Part shown: piece after piece, positions 19,502-20,000 of the stretch
Position numbering within the stretch: position 1 is the first letter of the stretch
Layout of the letters: each line of letters starts with the position of its first letter
Assembly (NCBI RefSeq): GCF_004010195.1
Contig: NC_057749.1
Coordinates: 10,353,892 to 10,373,891, forward strand
Direction of reading: 5' to 3'
Origin: Chiloscyllium plagiosum
Taxonomy: Eukaryota
DNA: 20,000 nucleotides
Notes under the pieces: model-generated
What the model was told of the DNA's origin: nothing
The model's database searches: none
Seen by the model: only the letters and a program-made list of their open reading frames with translations
Program-made: the position numbers and the translations under genes

Positions 19502-19665
19502 AATCATAGAATCCCTACAGTGTGGAAAGAGGCCATTTGGCCCAATGGGTCCACACTGACCTTCTGAAAAGCACCCCAACCCATCCCTGCATTTCCTGTG
19601 GCTAACACACCCAGCCTACACACCCCCAAACACTATGGGCAATCCACCTAACCTGCACGTCTTTG
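19502..19665 (-). mobile_element. HE1-type V-SINE, 3' half
   Basis: AATCATAGAATCCCTACAGTGTGGAAAGAGGCCATTTGGCCCA...CCACCTAACCTGCACGTCTTTG. Confidence 0.88.
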
Positions 19666-19711
19666 TAGATTAGATTAGATTCCACCTGATGAAGGAGCAA
19701 CGCTCCGAAAG

Positions 19712-20000
19712 GAACCTTGGATGAAGAGAGCGGTGGAGCTTCTCGTCAAAAGGAAAAAAGTAGGGTGGAGGAAGGTGGAGGAAGCTAGGGTCAAGCTCAG
19801 CTCTACAGGATTACAGGCAGGAGAGGAAGGAGCTTAAAAATGGTCTGAGGAGAGCCAGGAGGGGGCACGAGAAAGGCTTGGCAGAACGGATTAGGGAGAA
19901 CACAAAGGCATTTTACACTTACGTGAGGAATAAGAGAATAGTCAAAGAAAGAGTAGGGCCGATCAGGGATAGCATAGGGAATTTGTGTGTGGAGTCTGAG
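19712..20000 (+). mobile_element. 5'-truncated CR1 LINE ORF2 (EN-RT linker), runs off the window
   Basis: EPWMKRAVELLVKRKK / RKELKNGLRRARRGHEKGLAERIRENTKAFYTYVRNKR...VGPIRD, homologous to ORF 8654-9004. There is a frameshift at a GGTGGAGGAA duplication. Confidence 0.9.

Overview
Vertebrate genomic DNA, almost certainly from an elasmobranch (shark), judged by HE1-type V-SINEs, CR1/HER1 LINEs, DeuSINE and Penelope repeats. The ORF track misses both real host genes, which I found by reading splice sites. The last two coding exons of a dual oxidase (DUOX2-like, + strand) are at 1127-1255 and 3266-3388. The last exon of sorbitol dehydrogenase (SORD, - strand) is at 14518-14665. They lie tail-to-tail, as in the human SORD-DUOX2 locus. 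Most of the rest is nested retroelement debris. The most notable non-gene signal is a dense set of Penelope-derived insertions with fold-back (inverted) architecture, target-site duplications and minimal hammerhead ribozyme cores (CTGAnGA-stem II-GAAAC-GTH). The best example is a 286-bp-arm hairpin with two near-intact hammerheads about 0.7 kb downstream of the DUOX stop codon. All family assignments come from recalled consensus sequences and hand translation, not database searches.
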